From a virus: 64,000 bases of DNA. The position numbers and the translations under genes are program-made. Below, piece by piece: positions 28,607 to 39,060 of this stretch. A model generated the notes under the pieces. It saw only the letters and a program-made list of their open reading frames with translations, ran no database searches and was not told the origin of the DNA. Position 1 is the first letter of the stretch; each line of letters begins with the position of its first letter. The stretch lies in the IMG/VR virus record IMGVR_UViG_3300036781_000280, positions 6,859 to 70,858 of that record. One strand, 5' to 3'.

Positions 28607-30176
28607 CCCGCACGACCTCATGCGACTGGGTTCTGCGCGTGCTTGCGCGCGTGCCGCGCACATCGTCCTGAAGTTCGTCCCACAACTCCCGCGAAAGCGC
28701 GTAAGTGATGGCGTCAAATGGATGCTTGTGCCTTGAGTGGGCCGCAATCGTTCCGGCCACCTTGCCCTTGCAGATACACTGAAGCATTTCGATCAGCTTT
28801 GGGCATTTTGACGATGAAATAAGAAGCCGGTTCTGGATCAGCAATTTTCGCAGCAGCCTTATGCGGTTGCCGACCGATCCGCGACCCTTATCAACACCAA
28901 CTAGACGCAGGCGACCTTCGCTGACGGCAAACATCTCATCCGCCACCGTTCGATTGGCGATTGATTCCTTGAAGTTTACGGCGCTGGAGTCAGCCCAGCA
29001 TGACCCCCAATCAAAATCCCAGCCGATCTCAGGATTCCATCCGGCCTCGCGCTCCCATTCATCCATTTTTGCAAGTAGGAGGATTGTGAATTCAGAAACC
29101 TGAATCTCCTCGCCGATATATGCCAGCTCGTCCAGCACCTTGAAAACGCTCACCTCTTTCGTTTTTCCATTTGGCAACACATCGGATCGAAACACCTTTT
29201 CTATGATGTAGGAAACCGGATTGACACCGCCCGCGTCGTGACCGGTTATCAGCCCGGCGCAGCCCGGCTCCGGGACAAGATCATCCAGAGGATCGGGATT
29301 TTTGAGCGACCCTGAAAGATGAATCAGCGGCATGAATGCGTCCGAGAAAAGCGCGTCCTTCACAGCCGCCGTCCACTTCCCCAGAACGTAGCGGTCGTAC
29401 TGCGATGGGTTTTTCTCGTACATTTTTCTGGTCAGCGCCTTGCGCTCATCGGAAACAAATGGGTTATCAACCATCGTCCATTCGGTCAGGTGCAGGCATC
29501 GCCTGATCAGCAGCTCATCCGCATCGCACTCCGACTCCGGCGCGATCCGAAGCTCATAGAAAAACTTGTAAAGAAAATGCTCCGTGCCGTTGTCAGGAGG
29601 GTTGGCGTCGATTAAAAGAATATGCTCCTCGTCATGCAGGCCCATGATACGCAGCGCCATGAAAAGCGTGGTGAATGAAGTTGGGTCACGAAATTCGCCA
29701 GCCTCCGACCAGTAGATCATCGAGTAGTACCGGGACTTGAATTTTTTCTCGACCTCACGCTCATCATCAAGCGAATCAAGTTCAAGTTTGGACACGCCGC
29801 CAAACTTGTTGCGGATGGAGCAGATCATTTTTTTGGTAGCGCCGTGAATCTTGGGCTCCATCTCCCACTCCAAGGCGTGCTGGCCATCATCTGATCCAAA
29901 ACCCTGTGCGATCCATTCTGGAATTGTTTTCTCCGTCAGTTCGCTCCAAATACCGGAGGTGGCGGCGGTGCCTGCGGTGTAGCAAAGGACAAGGACGGAA
30001 GCGTCCTTGGTGTTCCACAGGTGGTCAATGATGGCGTTCTGGCATCCGACTGACTTGCCGCTGATACGGGTTCCGAACACCCCGATAACCTTCATCATTC
30101 CAGTACGCGCGCGGCAGAGCTTCATCAGGCTTATCTGTTTCGGGCTCAGAACCGGATTTCCGTCTTTGAAAGGCAT
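28596..30176 (-). CDS. terL: Terminase large subunit
   Basis: SPKQ, Walker A GTRISGKS, YWSEAGE, DANPP, DNPF, RYVLGKW, GHDAG nuclease motif, HPFDAITY. Confidence 0.88.
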   Translation of the reverse strand: MPFKDGNPVLSPKQISLMKLCRARTGMMKVIGVFGTRISGKSVGCQNAIIDHLWNTKDASVLVLCYTAGTAATSGIWSELTEKTIPEWIAQGFGSDDGQHALEWEMEPKIHGATKKMICSIRNKFGGVSKLELDSLDDEREVEKKFKSRYYSMIYWSEAGEFRDPTSFTTLFMALRIMGLHDEEHILLIDANPPDNGTEHFLYKFFYELRIAPESECDADELLIRRCLHLTEWTMVDNPFVSDERKALTRKMYEKNPSQYDRYVLGKWTAAVKDALFSDAFMPLIHLSGSLKNPDPLDDLVPEPGCAGLITGHDAGGVNPVSYIIEKVFRSDVLPNGKTKEVSVFKVLDELAYIGEEIQVSEFTILLLAKMDEWEREAGWNPEIGWDFDWGSCWADSSAVNFKESIANRTVADEMFAVSEGRLRLVGVDKGRGSVGNRIRLLRKLLIQNRLLISSSKCPKLIEMLQCICKGKVAGTIAAHSRHKHPFDAITYALSRELWDELQDDVRGTRASTRRTQSHEVVRVNM

Positions 30177-30271
30177 GGTGAATAAACTTGTTGCAAGTAT
30201 CGTCCGATTGATCTACAAATCAATACGAAACGCCAAATATGGCATCAATCAATTCTTAACCCATAAACTTT

Positions 30272-30523
30272 ATGAACTCTCTCACCGTTGCCGTGCCGCC
30301 CGAACAGCAATCCGATGTTGATTCATGGGCGGATGGGGAACAATACAATCTCGTCGTCAAGCAGACCGGGCCGGGCCAGTTTGAGCTGGTTTCGTCATCT
30401 GATGCCGAAGGCCCGAACGAGGACAAGGGCGAGACTGATGAGACGGATGGCGGTGCCGCCCCCGGCGACATGCACGACAACCCGGCAGTTGCCGTGGTGA
30501 TGATGAAGAAAAAAGGTGCATGA
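30272..30523 (+). CDS. Small acidic hypothetical protein
   Basis: First gene of the head operon, ATGA-coupled to the portal. Confidence 0.6.
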   Translation: MNSLTVAVPPEQQSDVDSWADGEQYNLVVKQTGPGQFELVSSSDAEGPNEDKGETDETDGGAAPGDMHDNPAVAVVMMKKKGA

Positions 30524-32889
30524 TCTCGCAGACGACCATCAAAAAGTACAAGCTCGACCCCGACTCCCTAAAGTCGTTATTTACCTCCGCAAAGCCGAGC
30601 GATGAAATCAAGCTTCTGACTGACTTGATCGGCGACCGGATTAAGGAGTCGCGCGAACGCAATTTCTCTGATTACAAAATTTGGGCGGCGGTGGACATGG
30701 CATACGACACGCCATTCACTCAAACCACGGCGACAATTCTTCGCCACATCACCGGCACCTGCAAGGACGAGAAGGAGGTTTTCAACGCCCTTGAAAGCTG
30801 GGGCTTATCCCGCGACCTGCTTTTCTCGCCCGGAGATGAAGCTGGTGGCGCTAAAAAATGGCACGCCGATTACAAATCCTTCACCGAGGTTTTCGTGCCC
30901 CTTGTCCGGGCCTACTTGACGATCCGGTTATCCAAGATTTTCAACGACAGAAATCTGACGCCGCTGTTCGAATATACACCGCTGTTTCCAACGGCTGAAA
31001 ACCGGTTTCTCTGCGAAGTGATTGAGGAGCTTGTGGAAACGGTTGGAACAAATTTCGGATATTCATCGGTGCTCCGCGATTTCATCTTCAACGCCCTGAT
31101 GTATTCGGTGGCGATCAAATTTCCGGTCGAGCCGTGGACGGTGGACAAGCAGGAGAATGAAGATGGTGAGGAGGAGGTTGAAAAAGAGGGTGTCCGATAC
31201 GTCATTCCGCACATCAGCCGCATTGGCTACGATCTCAACTTTCCGCTGCATACCTTGAACACAGGCACCGGCTGTTCGTATGCGCTTTACTGGACAGTGA
31301 TGCGCTGGGGCGGCATTGACAAAAGCATTTACTGGAATACCGACAAGGTTCCCCACGGAACCAACTGGCTCGATCCAAACAGCGGGTATCACAATTATTT
31401 CACTGAAGTTTATCCATGCTCCCTTCAGCCACCAACCGCCCGCCGAAACCGCAAGACCGACCGGGAGGACATGAGCACGACCTGTTACAATAAAAACGAT
31501 TACGACAGCGCGTTTTTTGTGTCCTACATTTTCATGGAGCTTGTGCCCGCCGATTGGGGGCTGGGAGATTACAAGCACAAGGTGTGGATGAAGTTCACCA
31601 TCGGCTCTGACCGGACGGTCATGTACGCAGAGGCGTTTTCCTACCGACCGATTGATTACATCGGGTATGACGCAGACAGCGGGCGTGGCCGCAACGCGAG
31701 CTTGGCGCTGGAGATCATGCCGTTCCAAGACCTGACGGGCAACGCGCTGACCCAGTACCTTTTGACGGTGAAGCGGAACCTCACCAACATCACCTTCTAC
31801 AATACCGAGGTGGTGGATTCGGATCAGATCAATAACCTGAACCGTGGCCATAATTCCCAGTATTCGCAGTTGAATTTTATTGGTTACGACGGGCTTAAAA
31901 TGGAACGCTCCGGGGCCGACATGAACAACGTGTTCAAGTCCGTCACGTTTCCCTACGCTGACCCGACTCCGGTGCTGCAATCGCTCAACACGATCATCTC
32001 GGTTCTTGAGCGTTCGCTGGTTGTCGCCGCTCAAGAAATTGGATCGAGCGCCAGCCATCAGCAATCGAAGAAGGAGGTTGAAATCGCCAATGCCAATACG
32101 AGCAACCGGGTGCAGTACACCGCCAGCTTCGTCGATGATGGCGTGGACGCTTGGAAGCGGCAATTGGTTGAGGCTTGCCTTTCAAACATGGACGGCAACG
32201 ACGTGATGGCCAACGTATCGACCGACATACCGGGCCTTGCCGACATTGTAAAAAAACTTGGGTTTGAATTCGCGGACGGGGAGCCTGCCCCCGGCGTTAA
32301 AAAGGTGGTGGTAAAGGGTAAGCTGAAAAAAGCCCATCTTGTGCAGCTCATTTCTCGCCGCGCTGATGCGAACCGGGAGAGCGATCAGGTCACGGCGCAG
32401 GCGATGTTCACCGCCATTGGTTCGATTTCGAACAGCCAGTTTTTATCCCAAGTCATCGACCCGGCATCCGTCGTTGAATTGATCGAGGTTGCGGCCAAGC
32501 TGGCCGGGGCTGACGATGATTTTAAATTCCGGCTTAATCAGGATGCCGTCTTGGCCGGTCAGGTTCAGAAAATCATCGGCGACATTCAGCAGCAGATCAA
32601 GGCGTCCGAACAGAGCATCATGTCGGCGGTTGAAAGCGAAGTGGCCAAGCCCGCTGCGGACGCCATAGCGCAGCAGGGTCAGAAAACCGCCGTCAACGAG
32701 CAGCATATCCAGCAGTTGACCGGATTGTTGGAGCAGATTCAACAGGCGCTTTCCGCCAGCCAGCCATTGCCGCCGCCCAGCGTCCGGCTCAACCAAGATC
32801 AGCAGCTTCCGCCGCAAGCCCCGATTGCACCCTTGGCCGCGCCGGGTGCGCCCCCTGTGCCGGTGCCGGTGCCGCCAGTTACCGCATGA
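30520..32889 (+). CDS. Putative portal protein
   Basis: 789 aa next to terL and upstream of scaffold/capsid; Q/P-rich C-terminal tail typical of P22-like portals; MPFQD..N and KKEVEI segments. Confidence 0.7.
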   Translation: MISQTTIKKYKLDPDSLKSLFTSAKPSDEIKLLTDLIGDRIKESRERNFSDYKIWAAVDMAYDTPFTQTTATILRHITGTCKDEKEVFNALESWGLSRDLLFSPGDEAGGAKKWHADYKSFTEVFVPLVRAYLTIRLSKIFNDRNLTPLFEYTPLFPTAENRFLCEVIEELVETVGTNFGYSSVLRDFIFNALMYSVAIKFPVEPWTVDKQENEDGEEEVEKEGVRYVIPHISRIGYDLNFPLHTLNTGTGCSYALYWTVMRWGGIDKSIYWNTDKVPHGTNWLDPNSGYHNYFTEVYPCSLQPPTARRNRKTDREDMSTTCYNKNDYDSAFFVSYIFMELVPADWGLGDYKHKVWMKFTIGSDRTVMYAEAFSYRPIDYIGYDADSGRGRNASLALEIMPFQDLTGNALTQYLLTVKRNLTNITFYNTEVVDSDQINNLNRGHNSQYSQLNFIGYDGLKMERSGADMNNVFKSVTFPYADPTPVLQSLNTIISVLERSLVVAAQEIGSSASHQQSKKEVEIANANTSNRVQYTASFVDDGVDAWKRQLVEACLSNMDGNDVMANVSTDIPGLADIVKKLGFEFADGEPAPGVKKVVVKGKLKKAHLVQLISRRADANRESDQVTAQAMFTAIGSISNSQFLSQVIDPASVVELIEVAAKLAGADDDFKFRLNQDAVLAGQVQKIIGDIQQQIKASEQSIMSAVESEVAKPAADAIAQQGQKTAVNEQHIQQLTGLLEQIQQALSASQPLPPPSVRLNQDQQLPPQAPIAPLAAPGAPPVPVPVPPVTA

Positions 32890-33185
32890 GGATTCAATCC
32901 AATCCAATTTCAACCGTCAAGCAGTCTCACATACGGAAGCTGCTTGATTCGGAAGGGTTTCAGGTATTGATCGAAGTGCTGCAATCCCGCGCCTTTGAGC
33001 ATGAGGTTGAGGTTGCCAACGCTTCGCTTACAAATACCAGCGGATACGAGTTGAAGGCCAAGGATGAGGCCCAGAAGGCTGTTTCAACCCACGCTGCGGT
33101 TGGACTGCTGATTGAAATGAAGAATCAGAAGGACAATTTTAAAATTTCGACGGCGACACCATCGGAAAACAAAAAAACACCATAA
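32886..33185 (+). CDS. Small head-module protein
   Basis: Post-portal position; LLDSEGFQVLIE motif. Confidence 0.6.
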   Translation: MRIQSNPISTVKQSHIRKLLDSEGFQVLIEVLQSRAFEHEVEVANASLTNTSGYELKAKDEAQKAVSTHAAVGLLIEMKNQKDNFKISTATPSENKKTP

Positions 33186-33192
33186 CCAAAAT

Positions 33193-34620
33193 ATGTCAAC
33201 CGCAGCACCGCAGACCGATCTTCCAAAACCGAACGCAGCCACGGACGCCGAAAAGGGCGAAAATCGAACGGCGTTCATCCGCAATATCGTCGGCATCCGG
33301 GCGAAGCCGCCATCCGATAAGATCGAAAAAAAAGAAGTTGAAGATGCGACGGCAAAGCCGGTCGATAAGCAGGCCGATAAGCCAGCGGTCAAAAAGAAGG
33401 CGGCGGCAAAGCCTGAAGCGCCGCGCGGCATCAATCTCGATGAGGCGAGGGAGCTGGTCGTTACCGGCGTGCGTGAGGCTCTGAAGCCCGCCGAAAAAAA
33501 GTCCGAAGATGAGCCCAAGCCGACCGACAAGCTGTCCGACAAGGATAAAAAGCGGTTTTCAGTTTTCGAGCAGATGGAAAAAAACAATCCGTCGAATGCC
33601 GGTCTGGCCCAGAAGTTTATCGCCAACCTGACCAAGCATGAGGAGTACAAAAAATCTTGGGAGGGGAAAAATCCGGGCAGGGAATTTAACATTGCCGACG
33701 ACGACCACGCCGACTTTGTATCCGCCAATGATCTCACATGGGATCAGGATGAGTATGTTGAGGCGCTGACGGACATCAAATCCGGCAAGGCGATCAGCAA
33801 GGTGGAGGACAAATTCAAAAATGAGATTTCCGGTGTTCGCCGGGCTGAAATAGCCCGCGAGGAGAGGCCGGTCATCAACCGGCATCAGGCGGCGACCGCA
33901 AAAATACTTTTTAAGGAGCTTGGGGATGACTTCGCAAAAGTATTGGACGATTCCGGGAACATCAACATTGATGAAATCAAAAAGCTGGTGGAGGACAACC
34001 CCATCTATGGAAAGGTGGTTTTTCCGCTGGCCCAGAAAGTCGAGGAATTCTCCGGCGAGCTGATGCGCGTGGCGCGCGGCCACGTTACCCTGCGTGAAAA
34101 AGAGCCCACGCCATCCGAATGGGCGCAGATGACGCCGACCGACCGGCAGCGCCATATCCTGCACCGCGAAATCATCAATTACGCCGTCACTCAGGAGAAG
34201 ATTTTCGAAAAGCTTCCGGACGATCAGAAGCTGAACCAGAGGGGTCAGGCGTTTACAACGTCTGACCAGTGGGAGAAAATGAATCCGGCCCAGCGTGAAA
34301 AACACTGGGTGCTGACGGACAAGGATTTGTCGGCTTTGTACGCTATGGATGCCTCGGTGGCCGCTAAAAAATCCATTGAAGATGAGGAGGGAAACTTCAA
34401 AAAGATCGCCGAGAAGCGCGGGATCAAGCTTCCCGACAAGTCGGCGGCGGCGGCAAAGCCCGCTGGCAAACCGGCTGATACGCTTAACGAGAACCCGAAT
34501 GGGGAGCATGGCGACCGCCGCCCGCCGCCCGCTACCATTGTGCCAAGAATGGCAAAGAAGGAGGGTGGTGAGAAAAATGAAAAAACTTCTACCCTTGCCA
34601 AGATTCTTGGTAGAGGATGA
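33193..34620 (+). CDS. Putative scaffolding protein
   Basis: Highly charged K/E/D/A-rich helical protein between portal and capsid. Confidence 0.65.
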   Translation: MSTAAPQTDLPKPNAATDAEKGENRTAFIRNIVGIRAKPPSDKIEKKEVEDATAKPVDKQADKPAVKKKAAAKPEAPRGINLDEARELVVTGVREALKPAEKKSEDEPKPTDKLSDKDKKRFSVFEQMEKNNPSNAGLAQKFIANLTKHEEYKKSWEGKNPGREFNIADDDHADFVSANDLTWDQDEYVEALTDIKSGKAISKVEDKFKNEISGVRRAEIAREERPVINRHQAATAKILFKELGDDFAKVLDDSGNINIDEIKKLVEDNPIYGKVVFPLAQKVEEFSGELMRVARGHVTLREKEPTPSEWAQMTPTDRQRHILHREIINYAVTQEKIFEKLPDDQKLNQRGQAFTTSDQWEKMNPAQREKHWVLTDKDLSALYAMDASVAAKKSIEDEEGNFKKIAEKRGIKLPDKSAAAAKPAGKPADTLNENPNGEHGDRRPPPATIVPRMAKKEGGEKNEKTSTLAKILGRG

Positions 34621-34661
34621 TTTCATCAAGCGAAACATAAAGTTTCGCACCAATCAAAAAT

Positions 34662-36401
34662 ATGCTCGCACCCAATGCCGCCGCGCTGACAGACGTTTTC
34701 CAACGCTGCTCCCCCGCGATCCGCTCAAACATCGCCGAATGCGGATCGGTAACTCTTTGCGCGAACACGAAGCCGGAAACGGTCGATGATCTCGTAAGCA
34801 TTTACCAAAGCAACGGGGAATACCGTCTGCTGAATCATTTACTGATGACGCACTTCACCATCAAGGCGTGCGGCACGGTCAAGCGGGGGATGCGTGATTT
34901 CTTCATGGCGAACCTGAAAACGACCCGCAAGTCCCAGATCAAGTTTGATCAGAATGAGCGGGCGCTGACCAAGGTTGCGCCGTTCATCATGGCCGACCAG
35001 AAGATTCCCCGGAACAACATTTCATGGCAGGCGACATCCGGCTCTACGGCGGGTGGCGGCAACTGGCAGATGAACGTCGCATCTGCTGACGGCATCCCGG
35101 CTGATGTCCGCTACTTTCCGACCGGCATGGTGTGCTTCGTCATCGGCAGCGGCGCGGGCGGCGTGAAGATCAAATGGCAGGGCGAAATTGTTTCGGCCAC
35201 GCAGAGCGTGGACGGCAGTTACGTCTTGGTCGTGATGACCCCGCAGAACGCCGGGTCTTTGATGCCCGCAGCTTCCACCGCCAATCCCACGATTGGCATC
35301 CTTTATCGCGGTACTGCCAACGTGGGCAAGACCGAAAGCTATTGCGATGACACGCCCGGCCTGATCGACACCAAGCGGGTGCCTTTCTGGATGCAGGACA
35401 TGCGCTGGACAATGTGCACCTCCGAGTTGTTCAACGAATGGCAGGATTTGGTGCTGGCCAACAACCCGCTCTACAAGGCGTATGAGTATCTGCCTGAAGT
35501 TGAGCGGATGCGCCAGATGGGCGAGGACTTTGAAGCCCGGCTGTTCAATGCGGCTTGGTTCCAAGCGCCGATCAGCGAGAAGCAGAACCTGTCGGAATAC
35601 AACCAGCTTCCTGAGCTGCAAAACTTCCTGTCCGACACCGGGCTGGGGGTTGAAGGTGGCCGCTGTGTCGGTCGCCGGGCCAACTTGGTCGGCTGGTTGG
35701 AGCAGTTGCGCGAATGCGACCGCTGGTTTGACGCGGCGGGTGCCCAGCTCAACCTGTACAGCATTTTTGACGCGATCTATGCGATGTCCCGCACGCGGGC
35801 TGGCATCGGCTCGACGGCTGCGAAACGCTTTGACGTGTTCACCGATGGCATCACCGCCTCGCAGATCGAGCAGGCGTTCATCGGCTATTACGGCGTCAAA
35901 TTTGGCGGCAAGGATCGCTACGACATGACGAAGTTCTGCAAGCAGGGCGAGAACGAAGAACTCGGCATGACCTTCACCAGCTACGTCCTTGACGGTCGTA
36001 ACACTGGCATCACGTTGAACGTGATCACCGACTGGGCGTTCGATGATACGCTCTCGGACTTTTCTGCCGCCGCCATCGGTTTGGCGAACGTGGGCCGCAC
36101 CCTGATGTTCTTGGACATGACCGGCATTTACTTGCAGATCATCGAATCCGGCAAGCAGGTCAACCACACGGGCGACATCAAGGCGTTGGCCGCTGTGGAT
36201 GCGAGCTACCGCTGCGTGATCGAGACCTACACCTCGGATACGGCGATCAACTGGGTGAAACTGGCGGCGGTGGTCGAATGCCCTGCGGCATCGCTTGTCA
36301 TCGACAACTTCTCGACCGCAATCCCGAAGTTCGCGGCGGCGGATGCGACTGGTCGCCCCAGCTACATCCCGAACAACACGATCACGCCTTACGCCCTGTA
36401 A
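34662..36401 (+). CDS. Putative major capsid protein
   Basis: Follows the scaffold, strong codon bias, followed by a terminator; beta insertion domain and FEARLFNAAWF long helix. Confidence 0.72.
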   Translation: MLAPNAAALTDVFQRCSPAIRSNIAECGSVTLCANTKPETVDDLVSIYQSNGEYRLLNHLLMTHFTIKACGTVKRGMRDFFMANLKTTRKSQIKFDQNERALTKVAPFIMADQKIPRNNISWQATSGSTAGGGNWQMNVASADGIPADVRYFPTGMVCFVIGSGAGGVKIKWQGEIVSATQSVDGSYVLVVMTPQNAGSLMPAASTANPTIGILYRGTANVGKTESYCDDTPGLIDTKRVPFWMQDMRWTMCTSELFNEWQDLVLANNPLYKAYEYLPEVERMRQMGEDFEARLFNAAWFQAPISEKQNLSEYNQLPELQNFLSDTGLGVEGGRCVGRRANLVGWLEQLRECDRWFDAAGAQLNLYSIFDAIYAMSRTRAGIGSTAAKRFDVFTDGITASQIEQAFIGYYGVKFGGKDRYDMTKFCKQGENEELGMTFTSYVLDGRNTGITLNVITDWAFDDTLSDFSAAAIGLANVGRTLMFLDMTGIYLQIIESGKQVNHTGDIKALAAVDASYRCVIETYTSDTAINWVKLAAVVECPAASLVIDNFSTAIPKFAAADATGRPSYIPNNTITPYAL

Positions 36402-36421
36402 TTTTGGTCATGGCTGGTGTC

Positions 36422-36460
36422 AAACGCTCGATGGCCAAAAGCTGTCGAGCGTTTTTTGTT
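36422..36460 (+). terminator. Rho-independent terminator
   Basis: AAACGCTCGATGGC-CAAAA-GCTGTCGAGCGTTT followed by T tract. Confidence 0.8.
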
Positions 36461-36493
36461 TGATAAAACAACCCTTGCTAGTAGGATAAAAAT

Positions 36494-36925
36494 ATGGCTA
36501 CGAAGTATTTCAAGAAACTGAACATGGCCAACGTCATTTCCGACAAGGCTGGATCACCGATCATGTGGGAACCAATCGGCGACCGTGACCGGACTGGCGT
36601 GCTGGCGCTGGATGACGGCAAGACCGACCTGATTGCCGCCCTTGACGAATATGCCGACAACCGGGTTGGCGGCGTTGTCCGAATCAGCCTTGAAATCTAC
36701 GACGACCTTAAAAAAAAAGAGGAGCCGTTGACCAGATTTTCGCCGCAGTCATCAAGGCTCCGGGTGGCGGCACAGCCCGATCCGTTCAAAAAGCCGGAGG
36801 CAAAGGATGCTCAGTCTGCGGCGGTCGAGGTGGCCGGTAAGTTTCAGGAGCCGCCAACACCCAGCGCCAATAATTTCTTCGCGCGCACTCGCCGGGCCAA
36901 TGCTGCCCAGAATCCACCGCAATGA
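36494..36925 (+). CDS. Hypothetical virion-module protein
   Basis: Follows capsid terminator and promoter TTGATA-16bp-TAGGAT-6bp-ATG. Confidence 0.65.
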   Translation: MATKYFKKLNMANVISDKAGSPIMWEPIGDRDRTGVLALDDGKTDLIAALDEYADNRVGGVVRISLEIYDDLKKKEEPLTRFSPQSSRLRVAAQPDPFKKPEAKDAQSAAVEVAGKFQEPPTPSANNFFARTRRANAAQNPPQ

Positions 36926-39051
36926 ATTTTCTTGATTTAAAAAATGAGGTTCGGCAAACGCTTTTTGCGGATGGGGAGCAGGAAAATCTGGTCGGCCCGC
37001 ATGACAAAAAGTTCGTTGAGGCCATGGTCGATCTTCAGGACGCTGTTCCATGTCTCCGATATGGTAACACAAATATCTTCGCCCAATGCGGCACCTTCTT
37101 CGACTGCGGCATGACCGTGCTGCCAGCCCCGCGCGGCCAGATACTCGCGCTGTACACCATTGGAAAGCAGCAGGACGCCAGCGGCATCGCCAATGGCACC
37201 GTGGTTGGCTCGCTGGATATTCCAGCGTCCGACAATCAACTGCTGGTCGCTGAGGATGGCAGCTTGGTGCCGCCTGATCCAACAGAGCGCGATGTGTTGG
37301 TGATTCCGTCTGATGGCATCTACACAGTTAGCGTGCAGCAGGTCAATGCGGCGTCTGCCCTTTACCCGGCGAATTCAGCCCAATACTTCAGGACTGAAAT
37401 AATTTACACGGACACCAATGGCGCGCAGCAGACCATTCAGCCTGCGCCGTTGATCCACATGAATCTTGGGGCAAACAACGGATCAACGGTCATCAGCGCC
37501 CAAGCTGGCAGTACGCTTTCATGCCGCGTCAGTTCGTTCAACCTGCCGCCCGTGGACGGTGGTGTTGAAGTGATTATCTCCGTGGTCAAGGGATCGCAGG
37601 TAAACAACGACGACTGGTGCTCAAAGGTTTTTTATGATCGCGTTGATTACCCATACCTCGAACGGTACGGAAGGCTTTGCCCCCGCCAGACGACTGGCAT
37701 CCGCGCCATCGCAGACGCGCTGTTTGCCAGTATTTTCGGATTTGGAAAATTCAGGGTCAAGCGATCTTACCCAGCCCCAGATGACGCCGGATACCAATTG
37801 CTGCCTGCGCTTCCCCAAGGATTCCATTACCCGCAAAGATCAACGGATGCCGGTGGAAGATCGCGGCGTGGAGTTTACGCCATTCACCATGGCCGGATTT
37901 ACATCGCGCCGTGGATCGAGAGCACTGAATCGGTGGTCATCGAGTGGAATGGAAAAAAGACCGACTGGGGTGATGCCGATGCGGTTGATAGCGATCCGAA
38001 ATTTAAAAAGGCGGTGACGGAGTATGTTGGCCGCGAACATTTCACCTACTACGAGGAAAATGAGACGAAGCTCCAGCATCTGGCCACAAACTACGCGCTC
38101 ACCGTGCGCGAACTGATAAACGACTGCCGAAATCGCACGCGATCCATGGGGCTGACTGAAGCCGGGGTTTCAGCCTCAGCCGCCACCGGCATTGGGATCA
38201 TTGATACAAACATCGGCGGCGGCGCGACATTTTACAATGATGTCCAGTCTTACACCGCTGTTTGTCCGGCAGGGCAGTCCGGCCAGCCAGTTACTTCCAC
38301 TGTTGCAGCCCATCAAGTGGCGAGCACATTGTCCGTGGCAGACGCCAATGCGCGGGCGCTGTCTCAAGCCACGGCTGACGCGCAGCAAAAACTTGTGTGC
38401 GGAACATCGTCAGGCCAGTTTTTAAACACAGTCCAGTCTTATACGGCAAGCTGCCCCGCTGCAAACGGAACATCACCCGCCGCTGTCGGAACTCCGGTCA
38501 CGGCAACAATTCCAGCCGGAGCGTATCAGTCGGCAGTTTCCCAAGAGCTGGCCGATGCCGCCGCGCTTCAGGCGGCAATGAATCAGGCGAATGCCCAGTT
38601 GTCCTGCACATTCTATAATGCGCCGCAGACTGTCACCGCAAGCTGCCCTGATGGGACCACCGGATCACAGCAGACTTCCACCACGCCAGCGGGCCAGTTT
38701 TCGGATGTAACCCAGCAGGGGGCTGATACGCAGGCTCTGGCCGCAGCCCAGAGCGCAGCATCGGCGCTCCTGTCCTGCTCGTCGGCAACTTTTCAGGTTG
38801 GTAATACGACTCAGCAGGCCACCCGCGTCGGTACAGTTGTCGCACCCGGCTGCGGAAGGCCATTCAACTACAACCTCATCATCATCACACCGGCCAATAC
38901 CTACGTCGGACAGGCTACGGCTGCTTCGGAGTTGACGGTTCGGCTTCAGTTGAACAGTCAGGCTCTGGCCGCAGCCCAGTCGGCTGTGAACGCGCTATAC
39001 ACGCAGCAACTGAACTCGTTTATAGCAAACTGCCCGCCGGGATTTTCGTAG
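36922..39051 (+). CDS. Putative head-tail adaptor fused to DUF5977-like repeats
   Basis: MNFLDLKNEVR adaptor-like start, YAIHHGRIYIAP; C-terminal FYN..QSYTA.CP..G..VT....S..A.A repeats. Confidence 0.6.
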   Translation: MNFLDLKNEVRQTLFADGEQENLVGPHDKKFVEAMVDLQDAVPCLRYGNTNIFAQCGTFFDCGMTVLPAPRGQILALYTIGKQQDASGIANGTVVGSLDIPASDNQLLVAEDGSLVPPDPTERDVLVIPSDGIYTVSVQQVNAASALYPANSAQYFRTEIIYTDTNGAQQTIQPAPLIHMNLGANNGSTVISAQAGSTLSCRVSSFNLPPVDGGVEVIISVVKGSQVNNDDWCSKVFYDRVDYPYLERYGRLCPRQTTGIRAIADALFASIFGFGKFRVKRSYPAPDDAGYQLLPALPQGFHYPQRSTDAGGRSRRGVYAIHHGRIYIAPWIESTESVVIEWNGKKTDWGDADAVDSDPKFKKAVTEYVGREHFTYYEENETKLQHLATNYALTVRELINDCRNRTRSMGLTEAGVSASAATGIGIIDTNIGGGATFYNDVQSYTAVCPAGQSGQPVTSTVAAHQVASTLSVADANARALSQATADAQQKLVCGTSSGQFLNTVQSYTASCPAANGTSPAAVGTPVTATIPAGAYQSAVSQELADAAALQAAMNQANAQLSCTFYNAPQTVTASCPDGTTGSQQTSTTPAGQFSDVTQQGADTQALAAAQSAASALLSCSSATFQVGNTTQQATRVGTVVAPGCGRPFNYNLIIITPANTYVGQATAASELTVRLQLNSQALAAAQSAVNALYTQQLNSFIANCPPGFS
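38230..39030 (+). repeat. Four ~63-aa Cys-containing repeats (DUF5977-like)
   Basis: Repeat starts near 38230, 38419, 38611 and 38797. Confidence 0.7.
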
Positions 39052-39060
39052 CATTATTTT

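Noticed and set aside
31063-36167. Long antisense ORFs (31063-32163, 33559-34653, 35022-36167)
   Set aside because: Shadows of GC3-biased portal, scaffold and capsid genes; no motifs
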